From the NCBI GenBank assembly GCA_965178125.1, contig OZ237755.1, positions 124,001 to 188,000 on the forward strand: a stretch of DNA of 64,000 nucleotides, written 5' to 3'. The notes under the pieces were generated by a model that saw nothing but the letters and a program-made list of their open reading frames with translations, searched no databases and had not been told where the DNA came from. The position numbers were made by a program, and so were the translations under genes. This document shows, piece after piece, positions 11,901 to 25,000 of the stretch (within the stretch, counting starts at the first letter, position 1; each line of letters begins with the position of its first letter). This DNA comes from Bilabrum cf. latius. Its lineage: Eukaryota.

Positions 11901-14792
11901 CTGCGCGAGTTCTGCTCGAGGGTGGTGGAGGTGCCGCCCTCGCTGCAGCAGATTGACGTGGCCCGGCTGCTGCGGTTCGCCGTTTTCCTGGCGACGGGTG
12001 ACGGGGCCATGGCAGGTGCGGGGCTCGGGGCCGGGGCGGGCGTGACGCCGGGGGCGGGCGCTGCTGCGGGGGCGGCGGATGGGGGGCCTGTGCGTGCGGT
12101 GGTGTGCAGCCCGATGTACGCGATGCAGTACCTCGGCTTCGCTGCGTCCTAGGGGAATTCGAGGGCTGGGCAGCTGCTGGGGCGACTGACGGGGCCCGTG
12201 GCTCCGCCTTCGCCGCCGGCGCGGCCCGCCCGCAGGAACAGCGGGGCCGGCCTGCCGGGCCTGCACGTGCGCAGCCCCTCCAACGCAGAGCCGCACTCGG
12301 GCACATCGCCCCACTCGGGCGAGCCGATGCACTAGCGGCCCACGGACCCTCTGCTCTCGCCCCAGCTGAGCGACGCTGGCAGCGTGAGGGGAGCGGGGGC
12401 GCACCTGCACCCGACTGACCTGGCGCTGACCCCGGCTGTCATGACAGAGGGGAGAAGCGACGAGAGGGGCGAGGGTAGGCCCGCCCCCCTGAGACCGGGA
12501 GGAGCAAGGGGGGTGGACCAGCACGTGGCGGGGGCCGAGCCAGGGTCCCCAATGAGCGAGAGGCAGATGGACATGCCGGGGACATCCGGGAGCGGGGGTT
12601 GGGCGGATCGAGTCGAAGGGGACGGGGACGGGGACGGGGATGCGATGGTGGTGGGCAGGGAGCCGTCCGTCCACAGCTCCTGGGACGGGGATGACGGTGT
12701 AGCCCCAGTCCCAGGCAGTCGCAGCACCAGCCAGCAGGCCTCAAGCAGCAGTGCGGTGGGCGGGTTCTTCTCTTTGTTCGGGGGAGGAGGCAGCGGCGCG
12801 GGCACTCCCACGGAGGGTGACGTAGACGGAGCAGAGGAGCAGCACGGCCTGGGGAACAAGGACCTCACTTCGTCGGGAGACGAGGGGGAGGGAGATGGAG
12901 AAGTGGTCAAGCAAGGGTAGGAAGGAGCAGGCGGGGCTTCGCAGACGATGTCGCGTCTTTCCTGCTCTAGGCCCAGGCCCGCTCCGATGCAGGTGGAGAG
13001 CGCTTCGGGCAAGGGCAAAGGGGGGCACGGCGGGAGGGGTAGGGCGCAGTCGGCTGGGCAGGCCGGTGTCGGCGCGCTACCCGGCGCAGAATCGTCTAGC
13101 GCCTCCCTCCTGGAGGACCAGACGGGCGGCCCGCCGGCGGGGGGCGAGTCCAGCAGCAGCGTGCCTGGTACTCCCTCCAGGCACGTGGCAGGGGCTGCCT
13201 TCCCGTCTGGATCCACCGCTCCCAAGAGCGGGAGCGGTAGGGAGACAGGGGACGTGTGCGACCTGGAGGCAGGAGAGGGGCTTGGCGGGAGCGTGGGGGA
13301 TGCGGCGGGCGTACTGCCGCCCTTCGACCTCGATCCCTCGTTCGAGCTGAGCCTGACCCCGCTGCCCGAGCAGCTGGCCACCATGGACCTGCAGCCCGGC
13401 TGCAACCCCTTCGAACTCAGGCTCAAGAACGGTGCCTCTGTCACCGCCAACATATTCCTGTACTCGCCTGACGCCCGCGTGGTGGTCTCAGACGTGGACG
13501 GCACCATCACAAAGAGCGACGTGCTGGGGCACTTGTACTACTTCATCGGCAGGGACTGGACCCAGGGCGGTGTGGCCGACCTGTACACCAAGGTGCGCAG
13601 CAACGGGTACGAGGTTCTGTACCTCACATCGAGGGCCATCGGGCAGATCAGCGCCACAAAGGACTACCTCTTCGGGATCGAGCAGGGGGGCCAGCGACTG
13701 CCCATGGGGCCCGTCATCACCAGCCCAGACCGGCTGCTGGCGGCCTTCACGCGAGAGGTCATCCAGCGGAAGCCGGAGGTGTTCAAGACCGCAGCGCTCA
13801 ACGAAGTCAAGCAGGCGTTCCCGGCCACTGCGCAACCGTTCTACGCAGGCTTCGGCAACCGCGACACGGACGTCAAGGCCTACAGGCGCGTGGGGGTGCC
13901 TCAGAACAAGATCTTCATCATCAACCCCGAGGGCACCATTTCCCACAGGAACAAGAAACTGCAGACGTCCTACTCGCAGATGTCCGCCCGCGCGGATGCG
14001 ATGTTCCCTGCCTTCGTGCCCTCGAGGCCGCTGGCGCCCTCACTCCCGCGGCCCGACCCCCTCACGCCGGCCCTCAGCTTGGACACGGCCCGTGCTGTGG
14101 CTCCTTCGGTGGGCGGCAGCAGCGGCGCTGGCATGGTGCACGGGGTGACAGGAACCGGGGTCATGGCACGGGATGTGGAGGCTGGTGCTGCCACGGGAGG
14201 GGCCGGGGCCTCTGTCTCTTCTGGGGACGGGTCGATGGGCGCCTCACCTCCTTTGGGGGGTGACCCGGGGGCAGGGGTGGTGGCGGGGGAGAGCTCGCAG
14301 CCGCAGCTCAAGGTGGTTCCATCTGCCTGGGAGATGGACGGTGGTCGCCCTGTCGGTGCCGAGGGGTCCACCGCGGGCTCTAGGAGCAGCGGAGCCGGAT
14401 CTGCGGGGGCCTCTGCGCCCGGCACCACGGGCAGGCCCGCACCGCTGCCTCACTCGCCTCGGAAAGTGGGTCGGAGGTTCGGGCGGCCCACGCTGCTCGA
14501 GGAGAAGTACAACGACTCGAACTTCTGGGGCGGGCTCAGCGGCCTTGGCCCTGGGCTGCCGAGCCCGACCGCCATCGCAGCGGTCGAGGCGGAGTCAAAG
14601 CGCGCCACTGCCGCTGCGAAGCAGGCCGAGCTGGGCGGTGGGGGCGCCACGCCCGGTGCCGGCTCCGACAGCGAGGACGACGAGCCGCCCGCCTTCGCGT
14701 CTGCCGCGGAGTTCGTCAGGTGGCACAGGGCCCAGGAGCGCAAGAAGGCCAGACGCGCTGCAGAGGCAGAGGCAGAGGCAGGGAACACTTGA
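8963..14792 (+). CDS. LPIN: Lipin / phosphatidate phosphatase (~1,867 aa); exons 8963-9127, 9258-9326, 9423-14792
   Basis: N-LIP motif ([29 protein letters not shown]...VDLIVN...LGDDGVVFF) is rebuilt by two GTGAG..GCAG introns. C-LIP carries [15 protein letters not shown] (DxDxT) and [11 protein letters not shown]. Internal TAGs at 12150, 12333, 12918. TGA stop. Confidence 0.92.
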
Positions 14793-15031
14793 GGGGTGCG
14801 AACGCGACTGCTGTGCCTCGTCGAACGACAAGAGCAACAGGCCGACCATGTCTAGTGATGAGCTGTTGCAAAACGTGTATTTGATTGAAGATGCAGTCAT
14901 GCTTTGAAGTCGTTCAAGTACCCAATAGGACCAGGATGAAGAAGAAGGCTGCGGCGCAAGCCGAAGCGCTCTACCATGGACCGACCGCAATACAATAATG
15001 TTGAAAGGGCCACCAACACCCGGGAGCACAG

Positions 15032-17353
15032 TCACTGCGGCGGCGGCTCCCACGCGGCAGCCTCGAGCAGCTCCTTCTTGAGTCTCTGGTTCTCCTGCAC
15101 GAGCATGCGGATGTCCCCCGCGGCCGCGTCCAGCATGCGCGCAAGGTCCCTCGACTTGGCCTGCATGCTGGCCCTCTCCTCCTCGAAGGCCTCGCACATC
15201 TCCTGCATCATGTCCAGCTGCTGCTTCTTCAGCTCCCGGATTTGCCCCTTGCTCTTGGACCGCTCCGCCTTCAGCTCGGCCTGGAAGCGCTCGTCCGCCG
15301 ACCGCCGCTCCAGCACCAGCACCTCGTACTGCTGCTTGGTCTGCAGCAGCTCCAGCTCCAGCTCCTGTGCGCGCTCCCCGCCGGCGCCCCCGGCCCCGCC
15401 ACCCCCCGCGTCGGCCGCGTACTTGGCCACGAGCTCCGCCCGCTCCTTGTCCGCCTTCTCCTTGAGCCGCTTGGTCTCCTCCTCTAGCTTGCGCTCCAGC
15501 TCTGCCTGCGCCTCTGCCCTCAGCTTGGCCTCCTCCTCCTCCCTGATCTCCTTCCTGAGCTCCGCATCCTCCTCAATCAGCCTGCGCTGCGCCGCCGCGT
15601 TCGCCCGCTCGTCCATCTGCGCGTCCTCGTTCTCCTGGATCTGCTTGTCCAGCTGCTGGAGCCGCTCGAATAGCTCGTCGTGCTCCGGCCGCACCACCTA
15701 GATCTCGTCCAAAATCTGCGCCATCTCCTCCGCGTGGGGCCCGTCCGTGGTTTCGCCGTCCAGCTGGTGCAGCTCCTCCCAGCCAGCCATCAGCTGCCGC
15801 AGCTCCTTCCGCTTCTTCTTAAACTCCGCCTTGGCCTTCTCCCGCTGCTTGCTCAGCTTTGTGTGCTGCTACATGAGCTCCTGCATGCGCTTGAGCAGCG
15901 CTCGGTTGTCCTCCCGGATGGTCTTCATCACGGAGCGTACCCTCGACTCGTTGGCAAGGTTCTTCCTTCTCTCCTCCTCGAACTTGCGGCTGAGCTCCTG
16001 CTGCTTGCGCCAGTCCTGCTCCTTGGCGTGGCTCAGCGCCTCGATCTTCTCCTGCAGCGCCCGCACCCTCTCGCTCTCCTTCGCCTTTTCCTCCTCGGAC
16101 ATCTCACCATCCCCGGCACCTGCCCCCGAGGACGGTGTCGCCGCGCCCCCGCCGGCCCCGTCTCCTCCGCCCCCTTTCCTCGCCTCCTCCAGCTGCTTCC
16201 TCAGCTCCTCGATCTCATCCCTGAGCTCCTCGATGACGGCCTGGTTCACGTCCTGGTTCTTCTTAGCCGTGTTCTTGATCTTCTTGGCGCGGTCAGCGAA
16301 CTGAAGGGTGGACAGCGTCTCGTCGAAGTTGTCATCAGCAGGGGAGATGGCCGCCAGCATGACCGTGATCGAGTTGCCACCCAGCGACTCCTGCAGGAGG
16401 CGCGTGAGCTGCGAGTCCCTGTATGGGATGTGCTTGCTCTTGCCCTCCACCAGCAAGCTGATGACCAGACCCAGGGTCATGAGCGATTTGTTGATGGATG
16501 CGCCCTCACGCAGCGTGGCACCCGATGCGCCCGTCTTGTCCGCCCTCTCAGACCCGGCGAGATCCACGAGGTTGATCTTGGCGGCGACGTTGGTCGTTGT
16601 CTTCTGAGTCTGCCCGCCCGCCTTTGTCTCCTCCTCCTTGTGCTGCTCCACCTTGATGGTGAAGCACGAGTGCGACCTAGATGACCGCGCATTCATCTTG
16701 GTCTCCGCCACTTGCCGCACCCGGTTGCCCTCGTCGATCAGCTTGAGGACGGCGTCCGCGTCCGTCACCACGATCGTTGCGAGGTCCTGCACGAACGTGC
16801 CCAGCTTGCTGTCCTGCCGGATGCGCAGCTTTTTGTCGCTAGGATTCAGCAGGTCCTTGATCTATTCCTTGTAAATTTCGAGGAAGCTGACTGTGATAAG
16901 AAACTCCAGCTTGGGGTCTTCGGTCTTCTTGGCTTCGATGCGCTCGAACAGGTCGCGGACCATGCGAGGAACGATCCCGGGGTGCTCGCCCTTATCGCCT
17001 CCCATCATACTCCAGGTTTTTCCTGAGCCGGTCTGGCCGTACGCGAAGATCGTGCCGTTAAAACCCGACAGCGCCGAATCTACAATCGGCCGGCCGAGCT
17101 CGTCGTACACCAGCGTCTGCTCCGTGTCCCAGGGGTACGAATGGTCATACGTAAAGGTATGAGTGCCTCGTCTTCCTTTATTGTCTTCAATTAGCGTTTT
17201 TGCCCCGTCCGTCTCGATTATCTTCTCGCACTTCATCTTTGTCTCCCTCGAATTGAACGGCCTGAGCCTCACGGCCACCTTCACATTGGTGCTCTGAGAT
17301 CGCTTGCTAGAGGGAGTCGGCGGTGCAGCAGCACCACCGGTTGCGGCTGACAT
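15032..17353 (-). CDS. N-terminal motor kinesin (kinesin-3-like motor) with coiled-coil tail (~773 aa, TAG=Gln)
   Basis: Motifs VAVRLRP, FAYGQTGSGKT, NARSSRSH, LVDLAGSER and HIPYRDS. TAGs at 16862 (inside the motor, EIYKE*IKDLL), 15869 and 15698. TGA stop at 15032-15034. Confidence 0.93.
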
Positions 17354-19007
17354 GGAATCGGTGCACGAAACTAGTGTCTAGCACGCCGAGCACAGGCAAG
17401 AAAATGTCGAAACCGGTAACGCACACGTGATGATTAGTTTTAAGTTGCGACCACTGATGAACTTTCAAGAAGAAGATTAAAATCACGCCTGAGTGATGAC
17501 CGTGACGAACGGAACCGAGCACCGTGCAGTACCTCGGGCGAGCATGCATCTGCGATGTGTCGCATGCCGCCTTCGTACGGCTCGGTGCATCGCACCCGTC
17601 TGGAGCGGCTGCAACCGGAGGCGGGGGTGATTGAAAAAGGTGCCAGCTCATCCATGCGGTAGCGACGGCAGCCGCACACGCAGCCTCGCCTACCCATCTC
17701 CCCGTTGCTCACTTCGCGGGTTACCGCGTGCTTCCGGCTTCCCATGCCCTCCGTCATCATGATAATCGTGCGGCAAGACACCCACAGGCACTCAGTCCCC
17801 GGCAGCACCCTCCTACGGCGGCGGCACAGCAGCCCCGAACCTGAACTCAAGCCCCCGTACAAATATGTGCTGCAGCTTAGCGACCCGTTTGTCATCCTCG
17901 AGCAAGCTAACATGCCCGTAAGGGGGCAGCGGGGCCCCCTGTTTGGCCACCCGCTCGAAGGGCCTCCTCCCTACCATTGGGCCAGCAGCTGCGCCGAGAG
18001 CTCCTTACTTGCGCGCTTGTGGGATACCCAAGTGGTACGGAACAAATTGCAAATTAAGCAGAAGACTTAGACACAGTGATGTCAAGCTTTCAAAGAATGA
18101 TGATGCCTATGAGTCAGGTCTTGCGGGGCTTCATGAAGGTTCCATGTGGTACGTCAACTCACGAGCTGAGCGCTTGACTCCACAGGTATCCTTCATTTCC
18201 AGCATTGGCTGAAGCAATCAAAGGTGGCACGCATGTTGTAAGACAGTGTTGATATCTCGTCAACATACAGCGTTCTCGCCTAAGTCATGCACTTATTGAT
18301 CAACGCAGGTCCATCGAACCTCTTTTTCTCCGCAGCAAGTTTCCGTGCATTGATCTCGTGGTTGTGCTACTTTTCGGCGCACTCCTTCACAGTGAGTTCA
18401 AAAGAAGTATATATTAACACAAATGCACCACTCGACTTTGAAGAAATTCTGTCTATGCCTTGTGCGGCACCCAAGATCCACACAAAGGCAGCCCGCATCT
18501 TCGTGTTCGCGAAGATTCGTGGCACGCGTCTGCACTCATCTCGTCGACCTGCGCGCCGTTCGCTTTGGACTCGCAGGAACACACGCATCATGTTCTAATA
18601 GATTCAAAGATTCCAATGGTAAGCTGTCGGCGCGCTAGTTCGGGTCGAACATGCAACACCTCCGCGCCGAACGGCGAACGTAGCCTGATGCTTCCGTCTC
18701 CCAACCCGCACGCCCGGGGGCCAAGCGCCGCCTACCTTCCCGCGAGCCAGCATGCGCAACTGCCCGCTTTTGTTAAAATCCCAGATTGATGTTGTAACTG
18801 CTGATTCCAGGGCCATGTTTAATGGTTACCTGAGTCATGTTCCACCCACGCGAGCTAGTCAGTCGTAGCCACACCTTGCACCGCATCTGCGCAACATGAC
18901 CAGGCTGGTCCGTTGATTTGCGAGCGTCTCAGCCCTAGACACCAGCTAAAGTTGGCACACTAGCATTCCGTCAAGGTTTATCTTGCCTTCTTCTTTACAT
19001 TTCACAG

Positions 19008-22000
19008 AGTTTGGAGTCGACTGTGGCGGAGCTTGCCCTACTGCTTGCTCTGAAGCCGCCCTAACCATCACCAACGACTGGACCAAGGCCAGCGTTATGG
19101 AGGGCGGGCAGATCTTCGAAATGGGAAACAGCCTGGTATCGTGTCCAGGCAGCTGGTCGCGCACGTCCAACTGGCTGTACCAGTCTGCAAACTGCTACGG
19201 CAGATCGTGGCCCGGCACGGAATTGGGGACGGAAAACCGTGGTTTCACTTCATACGGCGGGACGTACTATCTCATGCGAAGGATGGGGTCCCTTGGCGAT
19301 TTTGTGGCCGACTTAACGCTGTGGAGCGATGACAACGACGGGATTGGCATCGTGTGGTCGCACTCTGGCTCGTCAACTGGCAACATGTACAGTATCGTGA
19401 TGAATAACCAGCAGTCGGGCATTCATTTGGTCCGCAGAGAGAACAACGTCAACCGATACCTACAGGCGACCCCCACAACAAGTGCGTGGCAGTACCCGAT
19501 GGACACCAACATCAAGGCAAGGCTGACTTACATCCAGGGCCGCATCAAGTTCGAGGTCAGGTTCTCGGGTACCTCTCTGGTGACCGCCATCGACACTACG
19601 GATAGCAACCCTCTAGCGGCAGGCTTCTTCGGATTCGTATCATCAGGCAATTCAGGCTCTTGGTACAAGTTGGATACGCTCAAGCTGCTCCCCAACAGCT
19701 GCGATCGTGTCTCACCCTCCACGGCTGCATCGCTCAGGCTGCACCTATCATCAGAGACCTTCGCACAGTCCAGCGTCGGGACTGCTGTCACAAAGTGGTC
19801 CGATCTCTCCGGCCTTGCCAAGCATGCGGTGGTGGATGCAGACTCCAGAGCCCCCAACGTGGTGCTCAGCCGCTGGACCAGCCGAAAGGCCGTGAGCTTC
19901 ACCTCGAACGATTTCCTGCAGCTGCAGGATGCCAGCTTTCTGGGTAGGGACCAGAGCGCCTCGGGGTCTGCCTTGTTCATGGTCATGGACCCGAAGGTGG
20001 AGACAGGTACCATACTCAAGGTATACAAGGATGCTGTGCTGCTTGCAGAGGACTTTTCTGGCCTTAGTGAGAACGTGGGGTTCTACAGGTCAAACTCACT
20101 TAGGGGGCAAAGCGAGTTCTCCTCCAGGTTCAGTCTCGTTCGCGCCGGCGCAAACTTTTACTCTGATAGTGACTGGGCTGCCGTGATGAACGGGTACTTT
20201 GAATTCCGCGACACCAACGGCTGGGCCGAGCTGATCCTCCCCAACGTGCAGCTCGCATGGACAAGCAACGCCGTCATCAGCTATGAGGTCTACCGCACCG
20301 GGTGAGAAATGCTGTGGGCACTCACTGAAACCGTACTCGTGCCTGCCTTGCTCCATCCTTTTTGATTTGCTTAGTCTAGCTCTGTCCTCCCTTGTTAACC
20401 TCGCGTCGCAGAGGCAACGAAAACAACAACTGCATCGAGATGCAAACGTCGTACAACGGGGGCTCCAGCTACACCAGAAGGCACAACAACTGCGGTGATA
20501 ACGCGGCTTGGATACCGTTTACCTTCCAGGTCCCCTCCTCTGAGACCCAGGTCAGGGTGAAGTTCCGGGGGTACTACAACGCAGGGTCGGAGATCGGCCG
20601 CCTGGACAACATCCGTATCATTGCTGATGACGCCAGGGTCTCGTACTCGACATCTGCCTCCATCACTGGGACTGCTATCGGGGCATCAGCGTCCACCACC
20701 GTGGCTTCGGCGACTCGATCTGCAACGGACAAACCAATTCTCTTAGCCATGCGAGTGGGGCCATCCGGCACGAGCAGCCAGCAGCAAGTACAGATGTACC
20801 TTGACGGAGTACGCTTCTATAACCAACAACGAGCCAAGTCCATTGGAGGTGCAGACTATCCCGCGGCGGTGCTGTTCGAGGCAGGACAGGAGGGAATCTT
20901 GTACGAGATGCAAGCGTATGACAGTGCCATGAGCGATGACAATTTCGACGCAGTGCAGGAGTCCCTCATGACCAAGTACCGCATCTCGTCGAGCACATCT
21001 CAGTGCCCTGACATCTCGACGGACGGTGCAACGGAAGGCTACTCAGGTGCGAGGCAGGTGGCATCGACCCAATGCACTGGAGGCACAGCCGGCCAGACGT
21101 GCGAATTCGAATGTGACACCGGCATGGCACCCACGCGCGGCTAGGCAGCCCGCACCTGCGCCCAGTGGGGCCTCTGGACCGGAACACCGCTAGCCTGCGC
21201 CACCAGCTGCCCAGTCCTGGTGGAAATCCAGGCATCGAGGTGTGAGCGCGGCTACGTCGTAGAGTCCTTCCGAGATGGTACTTCATGGCGAGGGGGCAGC
21301 TCGGATTCCCTCGTTGCCTTGCCATGGCGACCCTCAGCGCAGCTATGGAGGGAGGAAGATGGGTACCTCACGCTCGAGCGCGACGATTCGTGCAGCCCTT
21401 TCCAGAGGCACGACAACTACCTAATCACCATGAACCAGGACTGGGAAGACCGCAACATGCCGCTCGATGTCTCCGTTGATCTATACGGGAGCGAGGGGCA
21501 GGCTGGCATTGTGTTCCGCACGCAATACGATGCCAACGATCCCTACAACGAGGCCATGGGCGAGCACTACCTTGCGACCGTCGACTGGGACCAGGGGGAG
21601 CTTGCCCTGAAGCGAAGGTCAAGCGGAGGGATTCTCTCTCCATTCCTATGCACCATTGATCTGTCTGCTACCATAAAAGCGGACAAGTGGCACAAGCTGC
21701 GGGTCGTCGCTGACGGATCGAGTACCAAGTTGGAGCTGGACGGTGCGACTTGGTGCGATATCACCGATAGCAGCAGCAATGCCCTCGCTTTCGGAGGTGC
21801 CGGGATATATACCAATGCAATCGGTGCCCCACCTAGGTTCCGAGACCTGTCGATCAAGCAAATCGACGAAGGGTGCAGCTAGAACTGCACTGGCATGACT
21901 GAGGGTTCAACGTGTACATTTGCGTGCAACGCACCATACTCACCTAACGGTGATGCAACGCGCACCTGCGGGAGCGACGGTTCGTGGAGCGGTTCGCAGA

Positions 22001-25000
22001 CGATGTGCGCATTTCCCCGCCCCACCGCCGTGGACTAGACCAGGGAGATCGAGGAGGAGAGCAGGGCAGAGACGGAGGTTGGAGAACCGCTGGAGGCCAG
22101 CGTATCTGGTGATGAGTATGAGCTCCAATTCGAGATCGTGTCTGGCAACACCGGCGATGCCTTCCGTGTGTCCAAGTGCACCGGTTAGCTGCGCGTGAAG
22201 ACTCCCGGGGCCATTGACTACGAGCAGGGCGTCCGTGAGATTGTACTGACAATGAGGGTACTCACGGAGGGTGACGCCAACTCGGCTACTACATTCACGG
22301 TGACCGTGACGGTATTGGACCGGAATGATGCCCCCGTCTTCGTTCCTCAGAGCCGCAATGTGGATGAAAATGCAGTCGAAGGTACGTTGGTTGGGCTACC
22401 CCTAGTAGCAACCGACCCAGATGGAGACGACATCGTGTGGTCGATCGAGCTCGGCAACGCCAACAGCGCCTTTTCCATCTCGTCCAGCGGCCAGCTCACT
22501 GCGGGCCCCACTACCCCGAGCCCGCTAGACTTCGAGTCCACTCCCACGTGGCGCATCGTGGTGCGGGCTGCGAACGTGGAGGACCAGGATGGCGTGGACA
22601 CGGTGGTGGCGTACACGGATGCCACGGTGACTGTCACGCTGAACGACCTCAACGAGCCGCCAACCGCTGGAAACCTCACTGTGCAGCTGCTAGAGTCGTT
22701 CGGACAGAATGGCGAAGTTGGCTCCGCGCGTGATGTTGGGACGCTACCAGTGACAGAGCAAGACGCCGGCCAGACGGTGTCACTGCAGGCAGGAGTGGGA
22801 TACTCAGTGCAGGACTTCACTATCTCTAGCGATGGCACGGTGAATTTGAAAGACGGATCGAAGTTAGACTACGAGATCAGTCCAGTGGTACTTGTGCCGT
22901 ACATTGCAACGGATGACTACTCTCCGCCTGCAAGCGCCCGTGGCTTTGTGGTAATTGAAGTGTAGAATGTGAACGAGGCACCGGAAGTGGCATGGCCGGG
23001 GGCCGCTGGTGTACCCGCTCTAAGCGTGGATGAGGATGCAGGGGTTGGTGACGTGGTGGGACAGATAGCTGCCACGGATCCCGATCTAGGGCAGGATGCT
23101 CGCTTCCGTATCGACTCGCAGATCCCAGCTGGTAAGCTGGCAATCGACCTGGAAACCGGCGTGATCACCCTGGCGGCCCCTGCTGCAGGCAGCACCGGCC
23201 CCTTGCTGGACACCGAGACACAGCCCACCCTCGCCGTCAACATCACCGTCTACGACACCGAGTTCGAGGTCTCGAAGGAGGTCACCATCGCAGTAGCAAA
23301 CGTGGACGAGCCTCCGGTGTTTACCACCAATGATGTGGGCGACCTTACAATTCTGGAGAACCGCGAGTCACAGTCCTCGTCTACGAGAGAGACAGTGGGT
23401 ACGCTTCGTGCACTCGACCCTGAGAGCGGCTCCGCGGCCGGTGTAACGTACAGTATCGTATCACAGGACCCAACGAGGGGCGGGCACACGGTACCGTTCG
23501 TGCTAGACTCTGCTACGGGCGTGCTTGCAGTCAATGAAGCAGTGCAGGGCGGGGAAAAGCCTGATCTGGACCACGAATTTCAGGGAGGACTCATGGCTAT
23601 CAACATCAGCGCATCTGACGGTACCGCTCCCGCTGGTGCTACAGTTCGTACGTTTTACGTCACCGTGACGAATGCCAACGAGCCTCCGACCTTCGACGCC
23701 ACAGGGCAGACGCTCTTTGCAGCTGCCTCGAGCGCAGGCACGATCGGGACACCCCTTGAGTCCTTCGTAAAGGACCAGGATCTGCAGAGCTCCACTGCAA
23801 CGGAATTTTTCAATTTCACTATCACAAGCGGTGATAGTGACGGCATCTTCAGCGTTGAGCAGGGTACGGGACAGCTGTTTGTTACCGAGACCAACGCTGC
23901 CAAGCCCGGTTTTGCATTCTCCGAGGCTTCGGGAACGGGAGTTAACACCTTTACGCTGGGCATTCGAGTGACGGACAGAGGTGGGCTCTCGGGGGATGGA
24001 ACCATCGCCGTAGAGCTGACAAAGACCAACGTTGCCCCTGCATTCTCTAATCTGCAGCTTTCGATGAATGTGGACGAAAATTCTGCGGACGGCACTGAAG
24101 TTGGTCGCGTGGATGCAACCGATTCGAATAATGGCTAGAGCCTGACCTTCACTCTAGCACCGACGGGGGCATCAGCCAACGTGCCGTTCCCCTTCGTGGT
24201 GTAGGCGCTACCAGAGAGCCAGGCCAGCAGTGGAGCGGACGCAACTGCCGTAATTGCGGTGGCTCCTGGCTCCGGGGGTGCTGGCCCTGGCATGCTGAAC
24301 TATGAGGGCGCGGTGACGAGCTACGAAGCATTGCTCACGGTCACCGATTCTGACAGCACCACGCCATTGAGCACAACCGCGAAGGTGGTGATCCGCGTGA
24401 GCGAGACAGCGGAGGCGCCATACTTCGACACGAGCCAGCGACTGCCGAACTCGGTGCGATTTGACGTGACGATCGAGGAGGGAGCTGCGGCAGGCACAGC
24501 AGTGCGCATGGCAGACGTCGCAGAAGAGGCGTCTGCCGGTCAGGGTGCGCCCGCTCTGCTAACGGCTCGAGAAGACGACATCGTGGATGCTGGCACCCTC
24601 GTGTACACAGTTCGAGCACCTGGGAGTGCAGCCAGTGGCTCACAGAGTGCGCGCGCCTGTGGCACTGCTGTTGTCGCGAACCAAACTACGGGCGCCCTAT
24701 CTGTGCTTCAGGAGGGTCAACTAGACTTCGAAGAAAATCCCAGCTTCCGATGCGTGCTTGTGGCTACGGACGGACGAGGAGACAGCGACACGGCTGACGT
24801 CGTTATTGCATTGGTGGATTCGAATGATGCCCCCATGGTGGCCGAGGGCCAGACCCTCGCCGTCGCAGAGGACGCAGCCGGAGGTGCGGCAGTAGGAATC
24901 GTTTCGGTGTCCGATCCCGACTCGAAGCAAGAGTGGAGGACCTTCACGATCATACTGGCGGGAGACCCTGGTGTCGACTGGTCTGCCGCCGGCAGCAACA

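Noticed and set aside
17400-18990. Possible unannotated gene or 5' exons of the giant membrane protein
   Set aside because: Some stretches look protein-like (minus strand 18190-18591 and about 17790-17980), but I could not build a consistent exon chain or recognise any homology.
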